Assembly: GCA_034421575.1 (NCBI GenBank)
Contig: DAOUKG010000023.1
Coordinates: 40,845-104,844, forward strand
Length of the DNA: 64,000 bases
Direction: 5' to 3'
Source: Dehalococcoidia bacterium
GTDB lineage: Bacteria > Chloroflexota > Dehalococcoidia > Lucifugimonadales > VXLM01
Under the pieces are notes generated by a model. That model was not told the origin of the DNA, searched no databases, and saw nothing but the letters and a program-made list of their open reading frames with translations. A program made the translations under genes and the position numbers. Of the stretch, positions 44,006-53,904 are shown one piece after another. The first letter of the stretch is position 1. Each line of letters opens with the position of its first letter.

Positions 44006-44466
44006 GAGTCTTCGTTCCTTTCGTTGGGCGGCGGTCGAAACGTGCCAGCCTGCCACGCTCCCGGATTTTGTTCACAAATGCTATACGAAAAGCACGGGCG
44101 TTTCAATCGTACTTATCGGAAAGACTCGCGAGTCGCGTCCGTCGTAGCACAAGAGCACTGCACTACATGCAGCCCTCGGCTATGGCAAATAACTTGACAA
44201 TAACAAGAAGAGTGGCGCGAAATGGCGTAAATTTTCGAATTTTTACGTTGGTCTGGCGCCATCATCCTGCCCCGTGTCAGCCGCCCCGTGAGCGAGGAGT
44301 AGCCCCACGGAGCGTCAAAACAGAAATCCGTTCGCCCTGAGCAGCGTTACGTCCCGCGCACGAGGCCGTGCAGAGGTGTCATTAACTGCCGTGTGGCTAC
44401 GAGGAAGCACGTTCGGCCCCGTATCGAGTACGGGGCAGGCTCTGAGCCCGTCGAAGGCCTTCTTAT

Positions 44467-44734
44467 CCCCTCTCCCGTCGTGGGCTGACAGGGGTAGGTA
44501 AAACGGATTTTAGCTACGATCCGGCCACCACAACACTGTCATTCCGATCGTAGCGAAGCGGAGAGAGGAATCTAAAGTGTTCATCCTTCAAACCAAGCCC
44601 TGCACTCTGAAACATCCATGGCGATGGCGTAGCATTTTAGATTCCTCGCTCCGCTCGGAATGACAGTGTTATGGTGGCCGGATCGTAGCTAAAATCCGTT
44701 TTACCTACCCCTGTCAGCCCCCGCCGGGGGAGAG
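44467..44734. repeat. ~268-bp near-perfect palindromic element
   Basis: The left arm ctgacaggggtaggtaaaacggattttagctacgatccggccaccacaacactgtcattccg (44484-44545) is the reverse complement of 44656-44717 with one mismatch. The arms continue imperfectly inward (cgaagcggagagaggaatctaaa / tttagattcctcgctccgctc) around a ~55-nt centre. Confidence 0.92.
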
Positions 44735-45003
44735 ATTGGAGATTCTTCGTCGCTGCGCTCCTCAGAATGACAGACGATTCCTGCATATTTCACTGACTCT
44801 GAACAGTTGTGTTCAGTCTCGGTGAGGTGAACGTCCCCGCCCCCTTGGATACCGGCCCCGTATCGTGGTACGGGGTAACGTTCCTTCGCGGGTATGACGG
44901 GTGGGGATTGGATTTGCGGTGTATGCGACAGGGCGAGTTTCAAACCCGCCCCTACCACGGAATTGTCTCGTTATCCTTCCATGCTAATGGGCAGACCCGC
45001 TAG

Positions 45004-46236
45004 CTACTCCACGTACCATTCCTCGTTGCCCGTCCGCTCGTAGGCTTTCGACCACTCTTCGGAGCCGTCGTCAAACCAGCGCTCGTAGGTGTAGTTGCGA
45101 AAGGTGCCCTCCTCCTGTCCCATGATCTTGGGCAGGTGCGGCTGGCCGAGGGAGTAGATGGTGCGACCGCTGCGGAATCGGACGACGCCTACGTAGGGAG
45201 CAATCTCGTTGGGCACGTTGTCGCGGTACTTGTACAGGAGTTCCTCGTCGACATCGAAACCCAGTCCCGGCTCCTCCGAAACACGCGAGAAGCCCTCGTG
45301 GACGGGGAAACGCTTGCGGGTGATGTCGTCCTCGGCGTCGAGCTGGTCGTCGAGGTGGATGGAGTGGCCTGTGGCGGTCGGCATCGTGCAGGCTACGTGC
45401 ATGGCCATGGACTTGGCCAGCGTCCCGCCGCACATCTGGAAGATTGTCTGGAGATTGAGCTTGCTGTACGTGGTTGCCGTGGCGATCAACTGGCCGATGG
45501 GCGGATACATCATGTACGCGTCCGCCATGCCAAGCTGCGCCTCGTGCCCCCCGCCAAGCTTCCACGACCCGCCGTGGACGACGATGAGCTGAGTCCGGCG
45601 ACGTAGCTCGCGCCAGCTCTCGACGTCGGCGGTGTCGAACGGGTCCTCGATCCATTGGACGATGGGGTGATCGCGCTCAAGCTGGGCGACGATGGGCAGG
45701 ATTCCGCCCAGCGTCCGGCCGCGCCGTCCGGTGAAGTCGTAGTGGACCCTGAAGCCCGGTGGCGCAACCTCCTCGATGATCTTCGTCCACCTGATGATGT
45801 CGCCCAGCGGACTTGTGTGTATCTTGAAGATGGTGTAACCGTCGTCGGCCGCCCGCACGATGTCGTCTGCCAACTCCTGGTCGGTCGGGCCGCCCCAGCA
45901 CCACGCAGCTGACGATATGCTGTCGCGCACCTTCTGCCCGATGAGCTTGTACGCGGGCACTTCGAGGTACTTGCCCATGATGTCGTACATCGCCATGACG
46001 ACGGAGGGATATTGGTTGGAGCCAATGTAGTCGAACGGGTCCGTGTCGATGAGCGGCTCGAACGCCTCGATGGGAGGCGGCGCCTCGCCGTCGAAGTCGC
46101 CGTAGCCCACGATCCCGGCATCGGTGGTCACCTTGGCGGCGACCCGGCGCTCGCATCCATTGCGGGCGGGGTTGTCACGATACCGCTTAGCCAAGGGGGG
46201 AAGGATGGTGAAGACTTCGATGTCGGTGATTTTCAT
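45004..46236 (-). CDS. Enolase-superfamily enzyme (mandelate racemase/muconate lactonizing family)
   Basis: Starts at the ATG at 46236 (MKITDIEVFTI...). It has the capping domain plus a barrel with KIH...(D)FTG...EDP pattern. The upstream ORF extension runs into a repeat and is rejected. Confidence 0.75.
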   Translation of the reverse strand: MKITDIEVFTILPPLAKRYRDNPARNGCERRVAAKVTTDAGIVGYGDFDGEAPPPIEAFEPLIDTDPFDYIGSNQYPSVVMAMYDIMGKYLEVPAYKLIGQKVRDSISSAAWCWGGPTDQELADDIVRAADDGYTIFKIHTSPLGDIIRWTKIIEEVAPPGFRVHYDFTGRRGRTLGGILPIVAQLERDHPIVQWIEDPFDTADVESWRELRRRTQLIVVHGGSWKLGGGHEAQLGMADAYMMYPPIGQLIATATTYSKLNLQTIFQMCGGTLAKSMAMHVACTMPTATGHSIHLDDQLDAEDDITRKRFPVHEGFSRVSEEPGLGFDVDEELLYKYRDNVPNEIAPYVGVVRFRSGRTIYSLGQPHLPKIMGQEEGTFRNYTYERWFDDGSEEWSKAYERTGNEEWYVE

Positions 46237-46393
46237 TTGGGGGCGCTCCTTGGGGGAAGAAAGTAGACAGTATTGCGTAGGAAGCCGGGAGTTGGAGGGC
46301 GAGACTTTAGATTCCTCACTTCGCTCCGCTGCGTTCGGAATGACAGGTGTTGGGACACGAGACATGCCTTCGCGGCAGGTAGCCGGTGGCTAC

Positions 46394-47518
46394 CTAGTAA
46401 TTGGTTGCGCGGTTGATTTGTTGGGCGTATTTCTCTTCTCCGAATAGCCCTTTCTTATTCACCCATCGCCATATCTGGGGCTTGAGTGTCAGGCTGCGGT
46501 CTTCTAGGGGGAGTTTGACTGCCGCGTGGCCCTGGCGGGCGGACTCTCTCATGGCTACTGTCGCCTCGAAGGACTTGTGGTGGACGTGTCCCGGCGCCTT
46601 CGGCTCGATGCCGAGGGTGATGGCGTCGACGATGGACTGCATGGAGTTCACGAGGCGGTCGCCGGGGTACAGCCAGCCGTCCTCGTCGTAGCCACCTTCG
46701 GCGTGAGGACGAAACGGCTTGAAGGTCTTGGAGTCGTCGTATTGCAGGCCGGAGAGGAGGTCTGCGTCGGAGGCGTCGGTCTTGTGGTAGAAGCGGTGGA
46801 GGCGCTTGTCGGTCACGTAGACGCCCTCGGTGCCCGTAACTATCAGCCCCCGCATGGCGCCGATCCTGGCGTGAATGAAGCAGTCGATGCCGTTCGCGTA
46901 CCGGATGTAGCCGCCGATGCCGAGGTACTCGTCGTCGCTCTCACCGAAGGGATCGCCGTTGGTCCAGCCGGTGACCCAGTCGATGTCGGCGTCTTGGGCG
47001 AACATGTGGGCGACGCTGAGTCCCTGGCATCCGCCCTGCATGATCGACTCATAGAGGTTGATGTTCAGCACCTCGCCGATCTCGCCCGCCTCGATCATGG
47101 CGCGGGCTTCCCAAAGCTGGGAGATGCTCCGGTCGACGTTGCCGCCCTGCCACGGGATGCCGTTCGCCTCACATGCGGCGACCATGCGGTCGGCGTCGGC
47201 GAGGCTGGCGGCGATGGGTTTCTCGGAGACGATTCCCTTCGCGCCGGACGTTTCCGCCGCAAGGACGACCATGTCGGGGTTGTACTGGACAGGGAGGACG
47301 CAGTCGACGATGTCGAGCTGCTCGTTGGCGTACATCTCCTCGGCGGTGGTGTAGCCACGGGCGGAGAAGCGACGGGTGGCGAGCTCAAGGTTGTCAGGGT
47401 CGGGATCGGCGATGGCCACGACCTGCGTGTCGGGGAGCAGGTTGAATCCGCGGCCGTGCTGAGTGCCCTGCCGTCCGCATCCGACGATTCCGACGTTGTA
47501 CCTGGCGGTGGTTGTCAT
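46394..47518 (-). CDS. Gfo/Idh/MocA family oxidoreductase (copy 3)
   Basis: YNVGIVGCGRQGTQH Rossmann N-terminus and SEKPIAAS. The C-terminal half is collinear with copy 1 (…AVKLPLEDRSLTLKP..WRWVNKK.LFG). Confidence 0.85.
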   Translation of the reverse strand: MTTTARYNVGIVGCGRQGTQHGRGFNLLPDTQVVAIADPDPDNLELATRRFSARGYTTAEEMYANEQLDIVDCVLPVQYNPDMVVLAAETSGAKGIVSEKPIAASLADADRMVAACEANGIPWQGGNVDRSISQLWEARAMIEAGEIGEVLNINLYESIMQGGCQGLSVAHMFAQDADIDWVTGWTNGDPFGESDDEYLGIGGYIRYANGIDCFIHARIGAMRGLIVTGTEGVYVTDKRLHRFYHKTDASDADLLSGLQYDDSKTFKPFRPHAEGGYDEDGWLYPGDRLVNSMQSIVDAITLGIEPKAPGHVHHKSFEATVAMRESARQGHAAVKLPLEDRSLTLKPQIWRWVNKKGLFGEEKYAQQINRATNY

Positions 47519-47728
47519 TTTAGAGGGCCTCCCTGGCTGGAAGTCGTCGAGGATGGTTCATGATAACGCATTCGTTGGGCGAAGGCAGGGGCGTCGCTCC
47601 AAACGCGGAGAACGCAACCGGTGTTCGATATGGCAACCGAGTCCGTTCGTGGTGAGCCTGTCGAACCATGAACTACGTAGCCACCCTGCCACAGGCTCCG
47701 ACAAAACGGGAGACCATTTGGACTCTCT

Positions 47729-48385
47729 CTAGACCCTCGCCCTGCCCGTCGGACACACCTCCAGCAGACAACATTCCACGCAGTCCGGCTCCTTCTTGCA
47801 CACGTTCGCACTGTGCGTCACGATCAGGGCGTGGTACTCGTTGAAGAGGGATACGTCCGCCGGGAGGCTCTCCATGAAGAGTTGCTGGTAAAGAGTGTAT
47901 GGCCCCTTCTCGGGGGCGAGGCCGAGGCGATGGAAGAGTCGCCTGGTGTAGTGGTCGATGACGAAGACGGGCATGTCGAGGGCGTAGAGGAGGATGTCGT
48001 CGGCGGTCTCCTCGCCGATGCCGTGGATGCTCAATAGCTCTTCGCGCAATGAGACCGGGTCTTCATCCATGAGGGCCTTGATGTCGTCGTCGCGCTCGCC
48101 GAGCCACTCGACGAGTGCCTTCAGCTTCCGCGCCTTCATGTTGTAGTAGCCGGACGAGTAGATAAGCCGCGCGATGTCGTCTTTTTCAGCGCTTCGGAGT
48201 CCGTGGGGCGACAGCAGTCCCGCCTCTGATAGGGCGCGGATGCCCTTCTCGGCGTTGCTCCACGCGGTGTTCTGCACGAGGACCGCGCCCACCATCACCT
48301 CGAACCTGGAGTCCGCAGGCCACCAGTCGCGTGGGCCGTATCGCTCCAGTAGCAGGTCGTAGATGTCGGTCAGGCGGTCGCGCAT
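47729..48385 (-). CDS. Endonuclease III-like HhH-GPD DNA glycosylase family protein with Fe-S cysteine cluster
   Basis: VLVQNTAWSNAEK, HhH LLSIHGIGEETADDILLYAL, and the C-terminal CKKEPDCVECCLLEVC. Confidence 0.75.
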   Translation of the reverse strand: MRDRLTDIYDLLLERYGPRDWWPADSRFEVMVGAVLVQNTAWSNAEKGIRALSEAGLLSPHGLRSAEKDDIARLIYSSGYYNMKARKLKALVEWLGERDDDIKALMDEDPVSLREELLSIHGIGEETADDILLYALDMPVFVIDHYTRRLFHRLGLAPEKGPYTLYQQLFMESLPADVSLFNEYHALIVTHSANVCKKEPDCVECCLLEVCPTGRARV

Positions 48386-48594
48386 GGGGGGTATCTATGG
48401 GAGAGTCGGTCTCGCCGAACTTACGTACACCGGCTCTCCGTAGAGTTCGTGATCGGATGACCGGGACAGGGGGGAGCGCATGTTTTCGCTTGAGGCTGTA
48501 TTGGTAATCATATATGATTTAGCTTGCCAAATGACTCATTGATGCAGTGCCGCTCACGTTGCGGTCGGCCGTACTCCAGGGTAGCAAGATAGAT

Positions 48595-48945
48595 ATGCAG
48601 ATTCAGGAGCATACACAGACAGCACGAGACTTTCTCGATGACGCAGATCATCAGTTTAGCTCCGGGCACGTCCTGCAGGGCTCTGAGAAGCTGTGGGGCG
48701 CTGCGGCCCATGCCGTCATGACGGTGGCCCAAGACCGGGGTTGGGAACACGGGAATCACAATGCGCTGAAGATCGCGGTCGGCAAGCTGATTGCCGAACA
48801 CGATGCTCCGGAATTGCGCGGCGGTTTTGCGGCGGCCCAACAGTTCCACGCCAACTTCTACCACGGCTTTATGGAGGACGATGACGTTACGTTCGCTCGT
48901 CCGCTGGTACATGATTTCGTCGAACGGGTGTTGAGCTACGCCTGA
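48595..48945 (+). CDS. PaREP1/HEPN-like small helical protein
   Basis: EKLWGAAAHAVMTVAQDRGWEHGNH..L......L.........AQQFHANFYHG resembles the PaREP1 family as I recall it. Start taken as the ATG at 48595. Confidence 0.5.
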   Translation: MQIQEHTQTARDFLDDADHQFSSGHVLQGSEKLWGAAAHAVMTVAQDRGWEHGNHNALKIAVGKLIAEHDAPELRGGFAAAQQFHANFYHGFMEDDDVTFARPLVHDFVERVLSYA

Positions 48946-48979
48946 GCAGCAAGAGCGCGAGCGGCACAACAGGATTCCC

Positions 48980-49819
48980 ATGCCGACTTTCCGCGACCGT
49001 CTTTCTTTCGTATCCGAACAGAACCGCAGCCTCCTCTGCGTCGGACTCGACCCCGATCCGGCCAGGATGCCGGTTGGGGACGTTGTGGCCTTCAACTCGG
49101 CCATCGTGGACGCCACGCGCGACCTCGTGTGCGCCTACAAGCCGAATGTGGCGTTCTATGAGGCGCGGGGCAGCGACGGCATACGGGAACTGGAGCGTAC
49201 TATTGCCCATATCCGCGACGTTGCGCCGTCGGTGATCGTCCTGCTCGACGGCAAGCGTGGGGATATCGGCTCGACGAACGCGGCGTACGCGAGGGCGCTC
49301 TTCGAGACGTGGGGCGCGGACGCGGCGACCATCAACGGCTACGCGGGCGGCGCTGACTTGGAGCCGTTCCTCCAGTACGAAGACAAGGCCGTGTTCGTGT
49401 GGTGCCGGTCGTCGAACGAGGGTGCGGCCGAGCTGCAGGACCTTACGGTGCAGTTGGACGGCGAGACGATGCCTTACTACCAGGCGGTGGCTCGCCGGGC
49501 AGTCGAGTGGGGGCCGAAGGGCAGCGTGGGGCTCGTAGTTGGGGCGACGTACCCGAAGGAGCTTGTGGAAGTGCGGGCCATCGCGCCGGAAGCGCCCATA
49601 CTGCTCCCCGGCGTTGGGGCACAGGAGGGAATGTTGCAAGCCTCGGTGGAGGCCGGTGTCGACCGCATGGGGCGCAACCTGCTCGTCAGCAGTTCAAGAG
49701 GGGTGCTGTACGCCTCTTCCGACCCCCAACGCTTTGCCGATGCCGCCCGCAACGCGGCAGAGAAGCTGTGCGACGAGATCAACGCCGTGCTGGAAGACGG
49801 GGGGTACTCATGGTCGTAG
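48980..49819 (+). CDS. pyrF: Orotidine 5'-phosphate decarboxylase (type 2)
   Basis: LCVGLDPD, AYKPNVAFYEA, LDGKRGDIGST and LLPGVGAQ. Confidence 0.9.
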   Translation: MPTFRDRLSFVSEQNRSLLCVGLDPDPARMPVGDVVAFNSAIVDATRDLVCAYKPNVAFYEARGSDGIRELERTIAHIRDVAPSVIVLLDGKRGDIGSTNAAYARALFETWGADAATINGYAGGADLEPFLQYEDKAVFVWCRSSNEGAAELQDLTVQLDGETMPYYQAVARRAVEWGPKGSVGLVVGATYPKELVEVRAIAPEAPILLPGVGAQEGMLQASVEAGVDRMGRNLLVSSSRGVLYASSDPQRFADAARNAAEKLCDEINAVLEDGGYSWS

Positions 49820-50010
49820 ACTTCCGTATGGGAGAGCGGCTGGCGCTGCGGAAGAAGCACCCGTGCGGCGGGTTCGAGTGGGAGGTCACGCGGCTCGGGG
49901 CGGACATCGGGATCCGGTGCGTTACGTGCTCGCGCCACTTGATGATGGCTCGTTCAACGCTGGAGAAGCGGATGAAGAAGGCCCGTCTGTCGGGTGAAAG
50001 GGCGACGTAG
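49810..50010 (+). CDS. DUF951 family small protein
   Basis: LRKKHPCGGFEWEVTRLGADIGIRCVTCSRHLMMARSTLEKRMKK matches the DUF951 pattern (KKHPCGsneW.v.R.GaDi...C..C). It overlaps the pyrF end by 10 nt. Confidence 0.75.
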   Translation: MVVDFRMGERLALRKKHPCGGFEWEVTRLGADIGIRCVTCSRHLMMARSTLEKRMKKARLSGERAT

Positions 50011-50019
50011 GAGAACGCC

Positions 50020-50787
50020 ATGCGACTTGAGTGCAAGACGGCGTTGATCGCGGGCGGCGCTTCGGGCGTCGAAGGGCAGCTGATGGGCATCGGGGGCGCT
50101 GCTGTGCGGCGATTTGTGCGCGAGGGGGCGCAGGTGGTGATCGCGGACATCAAGGACGAGGTCGGCGAGCAGACGGCGGAGGAGATACGAGCCGAGGGTG
50201 GTGAGGCGCTGTACGTCCACCTCGACGTGACGGACGAGGACGATTGGATAGCGGCGGTTGCGGCAGCAGTCGACCGGTTCGGCAAGCTCGACGTGCTGGT
50301 GAACGCTGCCGGTACCTCCATCCGCTACAAGGTGGAGGAAACGCCCGTCGAGGCCTTCGACCAAGAGATGGCGGTACACGCAAGGGGAGCGTTCCTGGGG
50401 GCGAAGCACGCGATTCCGCGTATGCGCGAGGCCGGGGGCGGGTCGATCGTCATCGTGTCATCGATATACGGTATCGTCGGGTCGGCGTCGTCCTCGTACC
50501 CCACGGCGAAGGGTGCGAAGCGGAACTTCACGAAGGCGGCGGCCATCCAGTACGCGGCGGAGGGCATCCGGGTGAACTCTGTCCATCCCGGCTTCGTGAT
50601 GACGCCGCTTACCAAGGACATATTCAACGTGCAGGAGATCATCGGCCCCCGCCTTGCAATGGTGCCCATGGGCCGGCTCGGAACCGTCGACGAGATCGCC
50701 AACGGCATCCTGTTCCTCGCCTCAGACGAATCGTCGTTCATCACGGGCGCGGAACTGGTGATCGACGGGGGCTTCCTGGCTGAGTGA
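50020..50787 (+). CDS. SDR family oxidoreductase
   Basis: Glycine-rich nucleotide motif, NAAG, a catalytic S...YxxxK-type region (SSSYPTAKGA), then PG..TP. Confidence 0.85.
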   Translation: MRLECKTALIAGGASGVEGQLMGIGGAAVRRFVREGAQVVIADIKDEVGEQTAEEIRAEGGEALYVHLDVTDEDDWIAAVAAAVDRFGKLDVLVNAAGTSIRYKVEETPVEAFDQEMAVHARGAFLGAKHAIPRMREAGGGSIVIVSSIYGIVGSASSSYPTAKGAKRNFTKAAAIQYAAEGIRVNSVHPGFVMTPLTKDIFNVQEIIGPRLAMVPMGRLGTVDEIANGILFLASDESSFITGAELVIDGGFLAE

Positions 50788-50862
50788 AGGTAGGCCCTAT
50801 ACCCTCACCCCAACCCTCTCCCGCGAACGGGAGAGGGGGTGATTTGACGGGGAGATGCGCGT

Positions 50863-51951
50863 GTGAGCGACTCTGAGGGGACAGCCGGATACGTCCAGAC
50901 GGTGCTCGGTCCGGTCGAGCCGGAATCGCTGGGCGTCACCCACACCCACGAGCACATCCTTTCGGACCTGTCGCACATAGCCGTCGAGCCGGAAGACCCC
51001 TTCGAGCGTGAGATGTTCCACGCGCCCATGCGGATGGACATCCTGGGCTACCTCAGCTACTACTTTGCCGCCAATCTCGACAACCTGCGACTGGACGACA
51101 TCGACACTGCAATCGCGGAGATTGGCCTGTACAAGCGCCACGGCGGCGGGGCGATTGTGGAGGCTTCCAGCATAGGGCTGAGCCGAAACCCCGAGGGACT
51201 CGCTCGCATATCACAGGCCACCGGCGTCCACATCATCATGGGGTCGTCGTACTACGTCAAAGAGGCGCACCCGCCAGACATGGACGATATCTCGGAAGAC
51301 GCGATCTTCGAGGAGATCGTCCGGGATATAACCGTCGGCGTCGGCTCAACCGGCATCAGGGCGGGGATCATCGGAGAGGTTGGTTGCTCATACCCGCTGT
51401 CGGACAACGAGCGCAAGGTTCTCCGCGCCTCAGCGAGGGCACAGAGGGCGACGGGAGCGGCGATTCTCATCCATCCGGGGCGCGACGAGCCCTCGCCGGA
51501 GGAGATCATCGAGGTCATAGTAGATGCCGGGGGCGATCCGTGCCGCACCATCATCGGGCACCTCGACAGAACAGTGATGGACCGCCAAGTCCTTCTCCGC
51601 ATCGCAGGAATGGGATGCTACCTCGAATGGGACCACTTCAGCTCCGGCTTGCCGTTTTATCCGCCAAACCCAAAGATCACCATGCTGAACGACGCGGACC
51701 GCGCGGAGGTGATCGCTTTCATGATCGAGCACGGCTACGGAGACAAGATACTCACAGGCCACGACGTGGCGTCGAAGCGCAGGCTCACCGTGTACGGCGG
51801 GCCAGGGTACTTCTACATCATCAGGCGCTTAGTGCCGTGGCTGAAGACGCGCGGGTTCTCGGACGAGGATATCGACCGTTTGCTCATCCACAACCCGGCG
51901 AGGGTGTTGACGATGGCGGCGCCGGGCGGGGTAGCTGTTCAGACTTCGTGA
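50863..51951 (+). CDS. Phosphotriesterase-related (PTE/Php family) amidohydrolase
   Basis: LGVTHTHEHIL (HxH metal site), GAIVEAS, ILIHPG and TGHD..SK, typical of the PTE homology protein family. Confidence 0.8.
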   Translation: MSDSEGTAGYVQTVLGPVEPESLGVTHTHEHILSDLSHIAVEPEDPFEREMFHAPMRMDILGYLSYYFAANLDNLRLDDIDTAIAEIGLYKRHGGGAIVEASSIGLSRNPEGLARISQATGVHIIMGSSYYVKEAHPPDMDDISEDAIFEEIVRDITVGVGSTGIRAGIIGEVGCSYPLSDNERKVLRASARAQRATGAAILIHPGRDEPSPEEIIEVIVDAGGDPCRTIIGHLDRTVMDRQVLLRIAGMGCYLEWDHFSSGLPFYPPNPKITMLNDADRAEVIAFMIEHGYGDKILTGHDVASKRRLTVYGGPGYFYIIRRLVPWLKTRGFSDEDIDRLLIHNPARVLTMAAPGGVAVQTS

Positions 51952-52105
51952 GATCCCTCGACGAATACACAGCCACCGTCATACGGTCACCCCGTACCCC
52001 GATACAGGGCGGGTATCCAGAGGGGTAAGAGGTGTTCACCTCATCAACTCTGAACAATTGCCGGCCGGGTAGGGCGGCGTTCTTGGTGAAGGGCCGGAAG
52101 TCCCG

Positions 52106-53197
52106 CTAGCCCTTCGCGAAGAGCTCGTATGCGCGCGCCTCGTCCGGCGTCTGGTAACGGCCGGAGTGGTCGCCGCCGAGCCAGCGGTAGGGGCGCGGGT
52201 AGAGAGTCAAGGAGCGATCCTCAAGCGGCAGCGAGAGGGGAACGGAACCCCACAGAGCGGAGTGCTTGGCGGCTATGGCTGCCTCGAGCGACCTGAGCAA
52301 ATCGTAGCCGGAAATCGCCATCTCGGTGCCATTCTCGACGGCCGAGATGAATGACAGGATCGAGCTCGCGAGATAGCCGTATTTCGGCCAGGCAAACGGC
52401 GTGAACGCACGATCAGACTTGATGCGCGCGCCGTTGTCGTCGAACCCCTGGTAGATGTCCATGACGTCGCCCCAGTCCCAGCGCAGGAGGGAGTCCTCCG
52501 TCCAGACGTCGACGCCGCGACCGGGAGTCGGCTCGCCGTATACGGTCGTCTCGATGCCCGTGCTCATCTTGAACCGACCATTGATGATGAGTCCGCTGTC
52601 CTCATTCGCCTCCAGGGACTCCTGCGGCTTGCCCCACGCGATGACCTCTGTTATCTCGGCGTTCGTCAGGAGCCTGAGGACGGCGATGTGCTGGCATCCG
52701 CCCCCGGAAATCTCTCCTCCCCACCCACTGACCGTAGCGCCCTGGACTTCCCCGTAGTCGCCGTTGCGGAGCCAGCTTGCGGCCTCCTGTACGTCCGCGC
52801 GGGCGCTCTGGAGGTTCCCGCCGTGGAAGACAACGTCCCGCGCCTCGCAAGCCTCGATCATCTCGTCCACGTCCGAGAGTGTCGCTCCGATGGGCTTGTC
52901 GGTGGAGACGCCGCGCACACCGGCTTGGGCGGATGCGATGACGGCGTCCTTGATGAACTTGCCGGGCAGGACGACGACCGCGAGGTCCGGTACCTCGTCC
53001 ATCTTCTGGTACATCTCCTCGGCGTCCTTGTATAGCGCCGAGACGCCGAACCGTTCGCCGACGACCTTCAACCTGTCCTCGTTGTACTCGGCGATGGCCA
53101 CAACCTCGGTATTCTCGAAGGTGTTGTAGACCTCGGTGTAGTGCTGGCCCATACGACCGCAGCCAATGATTGCCACTCTCAACTTTTGGTCGGCCAT
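52106..53197 (-). CDS. Gfo/Idh/MocA family oxidoreductase (copy 4)
   Basis: The ATG at 53197 follows GGAGGAAAC. LRVAIIGCGRMGQHY Rossmann N-terminus, STDKPIGA, and the C-terminal LPLEDRSLTLYP..YRW as in copies 1 and 3. Confidence 0.85.
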   Translation of the reverse strand: MADQKLRVAIIGCGRMGQHYTEVYNTFENTEVVAIAEYNEDRLKVVGERFGVSALYKDAEEMYQKMDEVPDLAVVVLPGKFIKDAVIASAQAGVRGVSTDKPIGATLSDVDEMIEACEARDVVFHGGNLQSARADVQEAASWLRNGDYGEVQGATVSGWGGEISGGGCQHIAVLRLLTNAEITEVIAWGKPQESLEANEDSGLIINGRFKMSTGIETTVYGEPTPGRGVDVWTEDSLLRWDWGDVMDIYQGFDDNGARIKSDRAFTPFAWPKYGYLASSILSFISAVENGTEMAISGYDLLRSLEAAIAAKHSALWGSVPLSLPLEDRSLTLYPRPYRWLGGDHSGRYQTPDEARAYELFAKG

Positions 53198-53391
53198 GTT
53201 TCCTCCGCTCCGGTCAGGCGCCGGCGACAGTTTGAATGATTCGCAAGATTGTATTCGCACGAGGCCGTTAATTCAATGGGGAGGGGTTGGTAGGAAGGCT
53301 TCATGAAACAAGGGAAGGCGATTGGTCGGGTTTTCACCCTTCGACAGGCTTAGAGTGAACAGGGTCCTGCTTTAACTCCGTCTTGGTGGGT

Positions 53392-53877
53392 TCACATCTC
53401 CCCGCCGTCGAAGCGGGCGATTTCGACAAAGCCGCCCGCCTCGTCCGACCAGTCATACAGGACGGAGGCCACGACTCGGTGGGCGTCGATGCCGATGACG
53501 AGCTGCTGGACCGGGTAGGCGGGGCCGTCCCCCCAAGGGCTGGTGGCGACGCCGCGGTCAATATCGGAGAGGTAGGCCCCCCCGTTCGGGTGCGAGTGGT
53601 AGATGATCCGGGCGGGAGTGTCGGAGTCGATGCTGCGGTTCAGGTCCATGAGATCCTGTGCGCCGAAGACATAGGCGGTCTCTGCCGTGCGGCTTGGAGC
53701 CGACGGATGGCCTCCCTGGGCCTGCACGTTTACGCAGGCGCGGACGATGCTCACGGCAGGGGCATCCCTGTCGCCCGCGAGCCAGCCGCAGCACTCATTG
53801 GGGTACTCCCTACGGGCCTGGCGATATATCTCCTCGAGGAGATCTCGCGGAATTTCCAGCGGCTTCGGTGTCGGCAT
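53392..53877 (-). CDS. JAB/MPN (Mov34) family metalloprotease
   Basis: E...ECCGWLAG and the JAMM motif HSHPNGGAYLSDID. Confidence 0.85.
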   Translation of the reverse strand: MPTPKPLEIPRDLLEEIYRQARREYPNECCGWLAGDRDAPAVSIVRACVNVQAQGGHPSAPSRTAETAYVFGAQDLMDLNRSIDSDTPARIIYHSHPNGGAYLSDIDRGVATSPWGDGPAYPVQQLVIGIDAHRVVASVLYDWSDEAGGFVEIARFDGGEM

Positions 53878-53904
53878 CGTTGGAAATAAACCCCGTGGCG
53901 GCTA

